DNA from: Psilocybe cubensis
Taxonomy: Eukaryota
DNA length: 64,000 bases
Direction of reading: 5' to 3'
Assembly (NCBI GenBank): GCA_017499595.2
Contig: CM039005.1
Span: 620,001 to 684,000, forward strand
The notes below the pieces were generated by a model. The model was not told the origin of the DNA and made no database searches. It saw only the letters and a program-made list of their open reading frames with translations. Shown piece after piece: positions 1-12,656 of this stretch. The number at the start of each line of letters is the position of its first letter. Position 1 is the first letter of the stretch. A program made the position numbers and the translations under genes.

Positions 1-927
1 GCATCAAGACCTGCGCCTGCTCAGCGAGCTTGAGGACGGAGTAAGTAAACAAGCTATTCAACATGGAACACTGCTGACTGACCTGGACACGCAGAACGAC
101 CTTGAATCCGTGTTCCCGAGCGGCGGAAACGCTGTCGAAAGTGAGTGCATGCTTTGTTCGTCAGACCGCCCGTGATTGACCACCCAATACCAAGGCCGTA
201 TCGATTGGGGGGCAGGGAACAATGAGACCTATGCAAAAGTAAGTTGTCGTGTCGTTCACCGTGAACCAGCCTGAACTAACCTGACCTAGACACACAGAGC
301 ACCCCCAATCTATTCAAAGGCCTACATCCGTTCAACCGGTGCAGCTCGACACATGCGCTCCGCTCGTTGTGAATCGCCCCTTGACAGCCCGCCTTGCTGC
401 GGATTCCAGTACGCGATTGGGGAATGGACTGGACGCGGTGGTGATGTGGTGGATGTGTGAGTACGCTGAGATGTTAGTAGGGAATGACTTGGAATGACCA
501 CACACAAGTACAGGTTGTGGTGTTGCCGTGGTTTCGCATCGGCCGCATATACCGTGGAGATGTGGAGGGAGGTGCCTAGTCGGTGTCCTAAGGATGCCAT
601 TGCAGGTTAGTTGACCCGTTGTTCAACGCGAGTCATGTCAAACTTACCTGAGATGTACATTGCAGGTCTGCGCTACCCTAAAATCTGGCTCTCCAATATC
701 CCAGGCGGCACTCCTGTTGAATGCGAGTCGGGAACGCCGCAGCAAGGTACGTGACTCGTGTTCTGAACAGTTGTGACTGGGGTATAACGCGTTGTTGATA
801 GGGTGGTGCTGATGGAAAGGATAACAGCAGGCAAGGGCATTCGTATCGACGCGTATGTCCCATATACGGGCAATGTCGATTCATAGCGGGAGCCGCTGCC
901 TGATTGCCTGCTCCCGTGCATTCGCCT

Positions 928-1532
928 TCAAACACGCTGAGACGCAGCTCCGCCCGCGTGCTGTCCCTCCATCGGCTCCCCTCCCTCCCCCGCCTGCTCT
1001 CCCTCATTCTCCCCCAACCCCCCCTCCTCCGGATCCAACCAACTCTCCTCAACCGTCACCTTGACCCTCCTCACATACTCCTTCATATTTTCCCTATACA
1101 ACTGCGCCGCCTCCGCATTCGCCGGGCTATTCGGGTTCGGATCATGCAGCAAGCTCTGTATACTCGTCAATATCGCCGCGACGTCGTATGTGGGCGACCA
1201 CCGGTTTTGCAGGATGTCGAGGCAGAGCTCGCTGTTCGCGTAGACGTTGGGGTGGAACATCCGCGAGAGGAATTTGACGGTGGGCGGTTTGTTGGGGTAG
1301 GACTCGTCGAATGTGAGGAGGAGCTTGAATGTGCCGTCTTCGAAGGGGGTGTCGCCTGTTGATAGGTGAGTGGCTGGGGGTGAGTGGGGAGAGGAAACGC
1401 ACCTGGCCCGAAGATGACAGCGTTCCAGAGCATAATATTGTCGGGGAGCGGACTGCCCGAGATCCCGCCTGGCGGGTCGGACGAGAGGCGCTTGAAGTCC
1501 CGGATGAGCCGTTTCTTGCAGTTCGTCGACAT
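928..1532 (-). CDS. RAD6: Ubiquitin-conjugating enzyme E2 Rad6/Ubc2, copy 1 (exons 1532-1403 and 1355-928; 185 aa; G85S variant)
   Basis: [16 protein letters not shown]...[20 protein letters not shown]...[25 protein letters not shown], with catalytic Cys at residue 88 as in Rad6. 47-nt GTGCGT..CAG intron at 1356-1402; acidic tail. Confidence 0.96.
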
Positions 1533-2719
1533 TGTTTGCTGAGTAAGATTGGGTCAAGTAATTCGGGTGGCTTTGGTTAAAGCGAGAGAGGGAGGTGTGG
1601 TCGTGTCTGAATCGCGTGCTGTTAATGAGGGCACTGCGACTGTCGTCGTACACGTCGTCTCGTATGTGGTATGCGGTATTCTAATGATGGTATGCGATAT
1701 GGATTGTAAAACCTGCAAACCCAACTTTAATTGTATCTTCCCCTACCAAACCACCCTCAAAACATACCTTTGTACGTGCGTATATGCAAGCGTAAAGTCG
1801 TCTCAGGCGGCTGGTATGAAGAAACAAGCAAGTCAGTCTAACTCAGAAGCAGTGGCAGTGGCAGGCCTCCTCATGTCACGCCCACTGACCGTGACCTGAC
1901 TCCGCCGCATCTAATCTGGAAACAAACAATAGCAACAACAATCACTCTGCCGAAATGCCGCAAGTTGACTTTGTCGTTGTAAGTATTTCATTCATCCACA
2001 ACGGTTGCCCTGAACGATGAGGACGCTCTTTCACTCGCAACGGCGCTTGTTCGATTCCCCGCACCCATTGCGCTGTGTCCTGATTGCCCCCGCCGCCTGC
2101 TACAATCTTCAAAGTAGTCAACGTATCACTGTGATTTGACTTTGCCCTCGCCTACGGTCTGGTAAGCATACCACACACTGCAAAGTGCAAAGTGCGGACC
2201 ACCGGACCCGACGCGCTCGTGCCTGTTTGGCCTCTACCGTGTCCGCGTCCATCAGCCCACACATGCACACACGCGCTATGCAAACATCACACCGGCACCC
2301 CTGACTCAACCCAACTCCCGCGTTCCAATGCGTTGAGATTTGCACTGTGTAGCGTATCTCGAGAACCACAGGGTATAGCACAACGACTCTCGATGTCTCA
2401 GGGATGCTTACTCTGAGCGCAACAATTCTCAATGACAGAGACAAAGCAGGACATTTTTTGTATTTTAAGAACACACTTTTGTAAAATTCTAACCAAAAAA
2501 GGCAAAATCTATTTATAACTGAAAAAAAGAGCCTTGTCCACAATGTCCAACCCTCTTCTGGTAACAAACTTCAAGGGTTTCCCCTCCCCCGAAGGGCAGA
2601 GAAACAAAGTGACGGGGTGAGGTCCCCCGACACATGGTGGGTTAGTAGCAGAAACAGCGGGAAGGGGCATAAAAAGTCAGTGGGGCAAGTCCATAGCCCT
2701 ACCGTAAAGCTCCGAAAAC

Positions 2720-4180
2720 ATACCTAAGCAGGTTTCTAGATAAATACAAGTCTGCGAGAGATTCAGAATACAACTTACTTGGTAAAGTTTTTGTCATTCA
2801 ATGGATGCAACGGCAGCAGGCGGCATCGGTGTCAACTACAATCAAAGTCAGTCACAGTCTATTCAAAGTACAATTCTACAGACTTACCATTCCGAATCTC
2901 GCTCGACGGACGGAAATACATAGCGTCGAGGGTTTTTGCTTGTAAGAAATTTCTAGAGTCAAAGTTAGCAGTAGTTTAGGGAAAGTAAAATCAAGCCCAC
3001 GTACCAACTATCGTGTCAAAGCACTCGTGCAGATGCCCCATCCTGCTCGTCGGACGTCGATATATGGTCTCAAGGTAAATCTAGAGCCAAGGTCAGTAAA
3101 AATCCAATAAATGAATGCCATACATACATACCTCAACGGGCACACAGCTAACAACGCCTGCTCGGCGGACGGCGATACGTCGTGTCAAGGCAAAATCTAG
3201 GGTCACGGGTCAGTGATAATTAATGCAAACCAAGTTGAAGTACACTTACCACTTGGTGTAGATCCTCACACTCGGTCGGCGGACGTCGATACATCATGTC
3301 AAAGCAAAATCTAGGGTCACGGTCAGCTTTAATTAATGCAAAGCATGTCGAAGTACACATACCACGGGTTTTAGATCCCCACACTCGGTCGGCGGACGTC
3401 GATACATTGTGTCAAAGCGAATCTAGGGTCAAGGTCAGTCTTTGTACATTAAATAAAACTAAAACACACATACCTATGCACCAGAGGTCCAATCCCGGTC
3501 AGCGGACGGCGATACGTCGTGTCAAAGTCTAGAGTCAGAGTCAGTCTCTGTACATTAAATAAAAGTAAACCACACATACCTGTACACCAGAGGTCCAACC
3601 CCGCTTGGCGGACGTCGATACGTCATGTCAGAGCAAATCGGGGTCACCCAGACATCCAATCCCACTCGGCGGACGTCGATACGTTGTGTCAGAGCAAATC
3701 TGAGGTCAAGGTCAGTGTGAGTACATATCATAAAAGTAATACACACATACCTGAAGACCAGAGGTCCAATCCCGCTCGCCGGACGTCGATACGTCGTGTC
3801 AGAGCAATATCTAAGGCCAGGGTTAGTCACAACTTGTTCAACGAATGCTACAGCACACTTACCACAATAGTGAGGAGGCAGGTAACAGGCGCGCTCGGCG
3901 GACGGCGATACGTCGTGTCAGGACTAAATCTTGGGATAAAATCAGTCTCCGTTTGGTAAATAAATGATACACAACTTACCAGCTCGCCGGAACGCGATAC
4001 ATAGCGTCGGGCTATGTTAACAGGGCATAAATCCTTGGATCAAAGTCAGTCTCACTTCTTCAACAAACATCACAGCACATACCAGGTCGGCGGAACACGA
4101 TATATAGTGTCGAAGCAATTCCATGTCGAGAGGGGTAGCACACCACCATACTGACAGCATGGGTACAAAGTAGATGGATA
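2720..4180 (-). ncRNA. Putative multi-intron non-coding transcript built from repeated motif exons (copy 1)
   Basis: 12 copies of a motif like TGACACGACGTATCGACGTCCGCCGA at ~110 bp spacing. They are separated by ~50-nt introns with GTATGT/GTAAGT/GTACGT donors, CTGAC/CTAAC branch points and YAG/AAG acceptors. There is an upstream TATAAA and no open frame after splicing. Confidence 0.6.
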
Positions 4181-4205
4181 AAAAAAACCCAATATCAGAG
4201 TTCTC

Positions 4206-4211
4206 TTTATA
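4206..4211 (-). promoter_or_regulatory. TATA box of the repeated-exon unit
   Basis: Minus strand GTATAAAGAG ~130 bp upstream of the first donor; conserved in copy 4. Confidence 0.5.
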
Positions 4212-4658
4212 CCTTTTTCACCCCAAACTTTTTCAAAGCCCGCTCTCAGTCACGTAGCAACACTTCTTTCTAGCTTCATCATTTTTACTAGCTTCGCTTC
4301 CGAATATTTCCTCATGCCATAACTTTGCATAATAGGAGACCTTTACATCCCTTTCTCCACTCCCTCAAACGTGGAATATCAAGCCACAGTGCACCACAAG
4401 GCACAAAACTCACTCGCCAAGTCGCAATTGGCTCAAATTCATGTCCCGTGCAGTAAAAAACCTCACTCCTATCAAGTGAAAATTGTTACGCCATTTTGTA
4501 ATACCACGTACTAATCTTTGGTAAAGGTCCTCGTTTCAATTTCTACAGCACATCTAGCTCTGATTTCAATGCAGTAATAGCGTTATCTTCTCCCCAAAGT
4601 ATTTTTTGGGATTACTTGCTGCAGACCGGTCAATTCGAAAGCTATGTCATCACATTCA

Positions 4659-4812
4659 GACACTCTGCACAGGATGCGCTGACGCTGATGCTGCAGACTC
4701 TGCGCAAACGATGTGCTTACGCTAACGCTACAGAGTCTGCGCACACAATGCGCTGACGCTGACTCTGTGCACAGGATGCGCTGCCGCTGACTCTGTACAC
4801 ACGATGCGCTGG
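4659..4812. repeat. Minisatellite, ~5 units of 28-38 bp (GACTCTGYRCACAVGATGCGCTGACGCT-like); present in each full unit
   Basis: Direct inspection; also at ~13135, ~21611 and ~29830. Confidence 0.8.
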
Positions 4813-7800
4813 CACTTGGTATTACAACATCGGCTCGCCGGCGTTCACAAGCCCAGGAACGAGATCACAACTTCCGACGCTCTAGCCTCGTTTAACTAAT
4901 CGTTAAATCTACGACAAATCGCCCACAGGATCACGATCTACGCGTGTTCATTAGGACCCTGCCCTAATTCCCCACAGGTGCGTCATCATTCCACTCTAGG
5001 TTTAGTTTGCATCTCAGGAACACAAATTCGACTGTAAAGTCTATTTTTCACCTCCGTTCCGAGTCGACGTCATTCACGACAACAACAGTTGGTTCGACTT
5101 TGCGAGAGATGTTGGTATTTCGGATATGTTTACAACAGTACGTCCTTTGAGTCCTGGTTACTAATCTCACGGGTGACGGAATCATTCGAAAATTAGACAC
5201 TTCCTTCAAACGCAGGTGCGTGCCAAAGCCGACATCCCACTCTATCGATACATCTCGTCTTACTCGTAACCCACTATTTTGAAGTGTTCCGTTCCATTTG
5301 ACTTTGAGACTAGCGCGTCAGATAATCGGGAGTTGCTATATTCGAGTGCGCCCGAAAACACATCTATGCAACAACGTCAAGGCCAGTACTCTGACGTACC
5401 GCATTTGTTATCTCACCTTTTGCTTGTGTAGACGTGCTATGACCTCAACGTAGACATTCAGGAGGTGATTTACGGTGACAACTCACCTTCATTCCAACAT
5501 TTCCCCAGTTCAAATTCGCATGTCAACCACGGCGCGGATACCTCCTCGTCTCCCGATTCGTCATTCTAGCGCGTTGCAACCGTCTCATATACCTCGCTTC
5601 CAAGAATAGGCTAGTCTAGACTAGTCGGTAACGACAGCCGGAAGCTCGCAAAACTGAGCAACCAATATGAATGTGCTGCAGAACACACATACGTGGCAGC
5701 CGTTCCCGCGCCGTTTATCACTTTTTCGAGGTTTCAGGGCTTTCTGGGTACTGTATAATGTAGTATATCCCACGCCAAGCGTGTTTGTAGGTCCTTTGGC
5801 AGCGTGAAGTTGAGATAATCAAAAATACATCCGGGGCATCTCAGGAGAGATTCAAACACAAAAACAAGCGTTTGCGAGGCTTTGAAATCACCGTGAAGAT
5901 CGATAATGACTACCTAGATAATCTATAATGTGTATACGTCATGACGAATGCAGTAAACTAAGAGTACGGGTAACATTTCAAGCCACAGATGTTAAGCGCC
6001 CAAGCAAACAGCTTCACGCAGACTGTAAATTAGCAAAACACATCGATTCCAATGCTCTATAGACACACCTCGCATACCATACATATCTCAGAGTACACTA
6101 TAAGACATACATACACTCACATATCTCGTCAACGAACCGTCAAGTCCACAACCTCACACTCACGTACCTCCTCCGGCCCCCAATCCGCATTCCAGCCCAT
6201 TTCCACTGCTTCCTTTCATTTCGGGGCATCATCCCCACTAGCATAAGACTACTCGGCTGCGGCACGGAGCGTTCCGAGACCTAGAAGCAGGACAGAAATG
6301 AGTTGCAGTGTAATGCGTCTCGAGGGAGGATATGTACGTGGCATGCGATTCTGCGTCGTTTGCGCGTTTTAAGCGGGTTGGGGTGCTTTTACTGGGTGAT
6401 ATGGGTTAGGTGTGTATGGGGTAAAGCTTGAAAGTACATCAGGGAACCTACAATTGAGTTTATGCGTGTATGTGATGTCGTTGTTCAAATTCGCTTTAGG
6501 AAACGTACATTTGCGAATTGGGCCGTTTTGAGGTATTCAGATGCTACAGTACTGTTTAAAATAGGGGTATATATTCATATTTATGCTTACCTGAGTAAGT
6601 ACAAAGTGGAAATTTCAAAGATTTGCAGCGATGAACCCTTAAGCGCCGAAAGCGTTGAATCGCAAATACAACAAATAAACGCACCAAACACACGATGGTG
6701 GACCACTAACACGCATGATACACTCACCCCTATACCATACAGCCCATTCTTCGACTCCAAAACTCCAACATCGCAAACCCAACTCACCGGACACAACACT
6801 CCTCCTCCTCGTCCGAATCTCCATTCAACCTCATTCCAACCACCTTCTTTCTCTTCACCCCTGCACGCCCACTAGCTCCAGACCCCTCGGCTATCCTAAC
6901 GTAACGTACTAACGGCGATTACTGAATTTTTTCTGCCAGTAGAAGAAGAAGCATTCTGTAGAGTCCGAGAGACGTTATACGTTGTTTTAATGCAAATTCG
7001 ATGGAATACGTACATTGGGGGGGTTGTAATGGTGCATAGGAGCCCCTGAGTAATCGAACTGAAAGTGAGTGAACGTTGGAACCAAGTCTGAACGTCGACG
7101 AAAGTTTGTGCAAGTCGGATTTCACATCAAGACAAGAAAACACAGAAACGCACAAAAGTACTATTACCATCTTCAACAAACGGACACCAGCATTGCTCTG
7201 CACCACTAACATTGTCTTAAAGTACATTCTTCACGAAACAAAATCCTAGATATTCCACACACAAAGACAGAGCGTTGACCCGATACACACCCAAGAACCC
7301 CCTCCTCCTCCCCAAAATCGCAAAATCACCTCATCCCAATACGTTTTCCTGGCTCTTCGGCTCCGGAACGGTATTCAAATCCAAATTGCGTAAACCAACT
7401 AAAAAGCGGCGTCTCATTTGAGAAGAATTAGAATGCCTGTGTTGCAACGCGAAATCAGAACAAACCATTGGAGAGATAACGGGTATGCGTACGTACGTTT
7501 GCTGTTCCCGAGTCAATTACTAGTTTATGCAATTCGATTAATGCATGGGTGAATGTGTGTTGACGATCTACGATACGAGTTGGAATTCACTTGATGCAAG
7601 GTAGATGATACTCGAGTCTAAAGTTCTGTGAGCCGCAAACCAAAAACGATTTGAATTTGAATCTCACATCTCGGACACCAATGTAAATTCAAAGCAACAC
7701 AACAATACCTCCAACACGAAACAGATAACAAACCCATTCGATCAATAGCACATTGCGTAAACGCACTAGCAACTATACCGATGAACCGCGAACCGAGAGA

Positions 7801-7861
7801 AAGACACAAAAAAAAAACATTGCAAAGACGTAACGTTATGGACGTACAGGGGCAGCAGGTG

Positions 7862-7868
7862 TATAAAA
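7862..7868 (+). promoter_or_regulatory. TATA box followed by a CT-rich tract (also at 16338, 24825, 33038)
   Basis: GTATAAAAAGG followed by a pyrimidine-rich tract at 7890-7945, a typical fungal core promoter; invariant in the diverged copies. Confidence 0.65.
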
Positions 7869-7889
7869 AGGACACGGACTAACGGGCTT

Positions 7890-9423
7890 TTTTCCTCATC
7901 CCCTCTCCTCTCCTCTTCTCACATTCTCTTCTCCCGCTCTCCGCTCAATGCCCTTGTCAGCCCGCCCCTCTCCAACATCCTACACTCGCACTGCACTGCC
8001 AATGGACGGGAACGCACCGGTACGAGTCAACGTGCCCACGACGCCGTGAGTATTCCCCATCCCTCCCCTGAGCTGCGCCACGTCTGACCCTCCCTTCGCA
8101 GGAACACGTTTGACGACGAGTAGAGGATCTGGGAGGTAGAGGTCGGAGTCGGCGACGCGCCATAAATGCCACGCTGGCATGTCGACCGGGGCATCGAGGG
8201 CAGCGCACGGTGAGCCTCTAACATTTGTTTTCGCATCACACTCCGCCAAACCGCCTTTCTCTGCAGGTTGCCACGCCATCGAGACGACGCGGGACTCGAA
8301 TGCGCGTGCTCAGCGAGCTTGAGGACGGGGTAAGTAAATGCATTATTCGACGGGTATCATTGTTGACTGACCTGGACACGCAGAACCTTGCATGTGTGTT
8401 CCCAAGAGTCGGACACGTCGTCGAAACTGTAAGTCAGTCCACACTCGTCAGCAACCGCCTGTGATTGACAACCGCTGCATCAAGACCTGCGCCTGCTCAG
8501 CGAGCTTGAGGACGGAGTAAGTAAACAAGCTATTCAACATGGAACACTGCTGACTGACCTGGACACGCAGAACGACCTTGAATCCGTGTTCCCGAGCGGC
8601 GGAAACGCTGTCGAAAGTGAGTGCATGCTTTGTTCGTCAGACCGCCCGTGATTGACCACCCAATACCAAGGCCGTATCGATTGGGGGGCAGGGAACAATG
8701 AGACCTATGCAAAAGTAAGTTGTCGTGTCGTTCACCGTGAACCAGCCTGAACTAACCTGACCTAGACACACAGAGCACCCCCAATCTATTCAAAGGCCTA
8801 CATCCGTTCAACCGGTGCAGCTCGACACATGCGCTCCGCTCGTTGTGAATCGCCCCTTGACAGCCCGCCTTGCTGCGGATTCCAGTACGCGATTGGGGAA
8901 TGGACTGGACGCGGTGGTGATGTGGTGGATGTGTGAGTACGCTGAGATGTTAGTAGGGAATGACTTGGAATGACCACACACAAGTACAGGTTGTGGTGTT
9001 GCCGTGGTTTCGCATCGGCCGCATATACCGTGGAGATGTGGAGGGAGGTGCCTAGTCGGTGTCCTAAGGATGCCATTGCAGGTTAGTTGACCCGTTGTTC
9101 AACGCGAGTCATGTCAAACTTACCTGAGATGTACATTGCAGGTCTGCGCTACCCTAAAATCTGGCTCTCCAATATCCCAGGCGGCACTCCTGTTGAATGC
9201 GAGTCGGGAACGCCGCAGCAAGGTACGTGACTCGTGTTCTGAACAGTTGTGACTGGGGTATAACGCGTTGTTGATAGGGTGGTGCTGATGGAAAGGATAA
9301 CAGCAGGCAAGGGCATTCGTATCGACGCGTATGTCCCATATACGGGCAATGTCGATTCATAGCGGGAGCCGCTGCCTGATTGCCTGCTCCCGTGCATTCG
9401 CCTTCAAACACGCTGAGACGCAG
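7890..9423 (+). ncRNA. Putative ~11-intron micro-exon transcript converging on or overlapping the RAD6 3' end (also 1-947 partial, 16366-17899, ~24850-26370, ~33065-34640)
   Basis: Introns at 8046-8101, 8210-8266, 8330-8383, 8429-8484 and 8517-8570, with further donors at ~8617, 8715, 8933, 9082, 9223 and 9329. Most have branch and acceptor signals. The reading frame is not conserved between copies. Confidence 0.55.
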
Positions 9424-10008
9424 CTCCGCCCGCGTGCTGTCCCTCCATCGGCTCCCCTCCCTCCCCCGCCTGCTCTCCCTCATTCTCCCCCAACCCCCCC
9501 TCCTCCGGATCCAACCAACTCTCCTCAACCGTCACCTTGACCCTCCTCACATACTCCTTCATATTTTCCCTATACAACTGCGCCGCCTCCGCATTCGCCG
9601 GGCTATTCGGGTTCGGATCATGCAGCAAGCTCTGTATACTCGTCAATATCGCCGCGACGTCGTATGTGGGCGACCACCGGTTTTGCAGGATGTCGAGGCA
9701 GAGCTCGCTGTTCGCGTAGACGTTGGGGTGGAACATCCGCGAGAGGAATTTGACGGTGGGCGGTTTGTTGGGGTAGGACTCGTCGAATGTGAGGAGGAGC
9801 TTGAATGTGCCGTCTTCGAAGGGGGTGTCGCCTGTTGATAGGTGAGTGGCTGGGGGTGAGTGGGGAGAGGAAACGCACCTGGCCCGAAGATGACAGCGTT
9901 CCAGAGCATAATATTGTCGGGGAGCGGACTGCCCGAGATCCCGCCTGGCGGGTCGGACGAGAGGCGCTTGAAGTCCCGGATGAGCCGTTTCTTGCAGTTC
10001 GTCGACAT
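9404..10008 (-). CDS. RAD6: Rad6/Ubc2 copy 2 (same as copy 1; intron 9832-9878)
   Basis: Identical translation at +8476 offset. Confidence 0.96.
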
Positions 10009-11195
10009 TGTTTGCTGAGTAAGATTGGGTCAAGTAATTCGGGTGGCTTTGGTTAAAGCGAGAGAGGGAGGTGTGGTCGTGTCTGAATCGCGTGCTGTTA
10101 ATGAGGGCACTGCGACTGTCGTCGTACACGTCGTCTCGTATGTGGTATGCGGTATTCTAATGATGGTATGCGATATGGATTGTAAAACCTGCAAACCCAA
10201 CTTTAATTGTATCTTCCCCTACCAAACCACCCTCAAAACATACCTTTGTACGTGCGTATATGCAAGCGTAAAGTCGTCTCAGGCGGCTGGTATGAAGAAA
10301 CAAGCAAGTCAGTCTAACTCAGAAGCAGTGGCAGTGGCAGGCCTCCTCATGTCACGCCCACTGACCGTGACCTGACTCCGCCGCATCTAATCTGGAAACA
10401 AACAATAGCAACAACAATCACTCTGCCGAAATGCCGCAAGTTGACTTTGTCGTTGTAAGTATTTCATTCATCCACAACGGTTGCCCTGAACGATGAGGAC
10501 GCTCTTTCACTCGCAACGGCGCTTGTTCGATTCCCCGCACCCATTGCGCTGTGTCCTGATTGCCCCCGCCGCCTGCTACAATCTTCAAAGTAGTCAACGT
10601 ATCACTGTGATTTGACTTTGCCCTCGCCTACGGTCTGGTAAGCATACCACACACTGCAAAGTGCAAAGTGCGGACCACCGGACCCGACGCGCTCGTGCCT
10701 GTTTGGCCTCTACCGTGTCCGCGTCCATCAGCCCACACATGCACACACGCGCTATGCAAACATCACACCGGCACCCCTGACTCAACCCAACTCCCGCGTT
10801 CCAATGCGTTGAGATTTGCACTGTGTAGCGTATCTCGAGAACCACAGGGTATAGCACAACGACTCTCGATGTCTCAGGGATGCTTACTCTGAGCGCAACA
10901 ATTCTCAATGACAGAGACAAAGCAGGACATTTTTTGTATTTTAAGAACACACTTTTGTAAAATTCTAACCAAAAAAGGCAAAATCTATTTATAACTGAAA
11001 AAAAGAGCCTTGTCCACAATGTCCAACCCTCTTCTGGTAACAAACTTCAAGGGTTTCCCCTCCCCCGAAGGGCAGAGAAACAAAGTGACGGGGTGAGGTC
11101 CCCCGACACATGGTGGGTTAGTAGCAGAAACAGCGGGAAGGGGCATAAAAAGTCAGTGGGGCAAGTCCATAGCCCTACCGTAAAGCTCCGAAAAC

Positions 11196-12656
11196 ATACC
11201 TAAGCAGGTTTCTAGATAAATACAAGTCTGCGAGAGATTCAGAATACAACTTACTTGGTAAAGTTTTTGTCATTCAATGGATGCAACGGCAGCAGGCGGC
11301 ATCGGTGTCAACTACAATCAAAGTCAGTCACAGTCTATTCAAAGTACAATTCTACAGACTTACCATTCCGAATCTCGCTCGACGGACGGAAATACATAGC
11401 GTCGAGGGTTTTTGCTTGTAAGAAATTTCTAGAGTCAAAGTTAGCAGTAGTTTAGGGAAAGTAAAATCAAGCCCACGTACCAACTATCGTGTCAAAGCAC
11501 TCGTGCAGATGCCCCATCCTGCTCGTCGGACGTCGATATATGGTCTCAAGGTAAATCTAGAGCCAAGGTCAGTAAAAATCCAATAAATGAATGCCATACA
11601 TACATACCTCAACGGGCACACAGCTAACAACGCCTGCTCGGCGGACGGCGATACGTCGTGTCAAGGCAAAATCTAGGGTCACGGGTCAGTGATAATTAAT
11701 GCAAACCAAGTTGAAGTACACTTACCACTTGGTGTAGATCCTCACACTCGGTCGGCGGACGTCGATACATCATGTCAAAGCAAAATCTAGGGTCACGGTC
11801 AGCTTTAATTAATGCAAAGCATGTCGAAGTACACATACCACGGGTTTTAGATCCCCACACTCGGTCGGCGGACGTCGATACATTGTGTCAAAGCGAATCT
11901 AGGGTCAAGGTCAGTCTTTGTACATTAAATAAAACTAAAACACACATACCTATGCACCAGAGGTCCAATCCCGGTCAGCGGACGGCGATACGTCGTGTCA
12001 AAGTCTAGAGTCAGAGTCAGTCTCTGTACATTAAATAAAAGTAAACCACACATACCTGTACACCAGAGGTCCAACCCCGCTTGGCGGACGTCGATACGTC
12101 ATGTCAGAGCAAATCGGGGTCACCCAGACATCCAATCCCACTCGGCGGACGTCGATACGTTGTGTCAGAGCAAATCTGAGGTCAAGGTCAGTGTGAGTAC
12201 ATATCATAAAAGTAATACACACATACCTGAAGACCAGAGGTCCAATCCCGCTCGCCGGACGTCGATACGTCGTGTCAGAGCAATATCTAAGGCCAGGGTT
12301 AGTCACAACTTGTTCAACGAATGCTACAGCACACTTACCACAATAGTGAGGAGGCAGGTAACAGGCGCGCTCGGCGGACGGCGATACGTCGTGTCAGGAC
12401 TAAATCTTGGGATAAAATCAGTCTCCGTTTGGTAAATAAATGATACACAACTTACCAGCTCGCCGGAACGCGATACATAGCGTCGGGCTATGTTAACAGG
12501 GCATAAATCCTTGGATCAAAGTCAGTCTCACTTCTTCAACAAACATCACAGCACATACCAGGTCGGCGGAACACGATATATAGTGTCGAAGCAATTCCAT
12601 GTCGAGAGGGGTAGCACACCACCATACTGACAGCATGGGTACAAAGTAGATGGATA
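11196..12656 (-). ncRNA. Repeated-exon spliced unit, copy 2
   Basis: Same sequence as copy 1 at +8476. Confidence 0.6.

Noticed and set aside
928-1653. 241-aa unspliced ORF as the real protein, and overlapping plus-strand ORFs (e.g. 904-1362)
   Set aside because: The true N-terminus is in another frame joined by a 47-nt intron; the plus-strand ORFs are antisense shadows.
2900-4120. CRISPR array
   Set aside because: The context is eukaryotic, there are no cas genes, the repeats are degenerate, and the intervening DNA contains spliceosomal introns and is partly self-similar.
2900-4160. Repeat-peptide (RiPP/KEP-type) precursor with DTTYRRPP units
   Set aside because: The spliced exons do not keep this frame, stops intervene, and no signal peptide is in frame.
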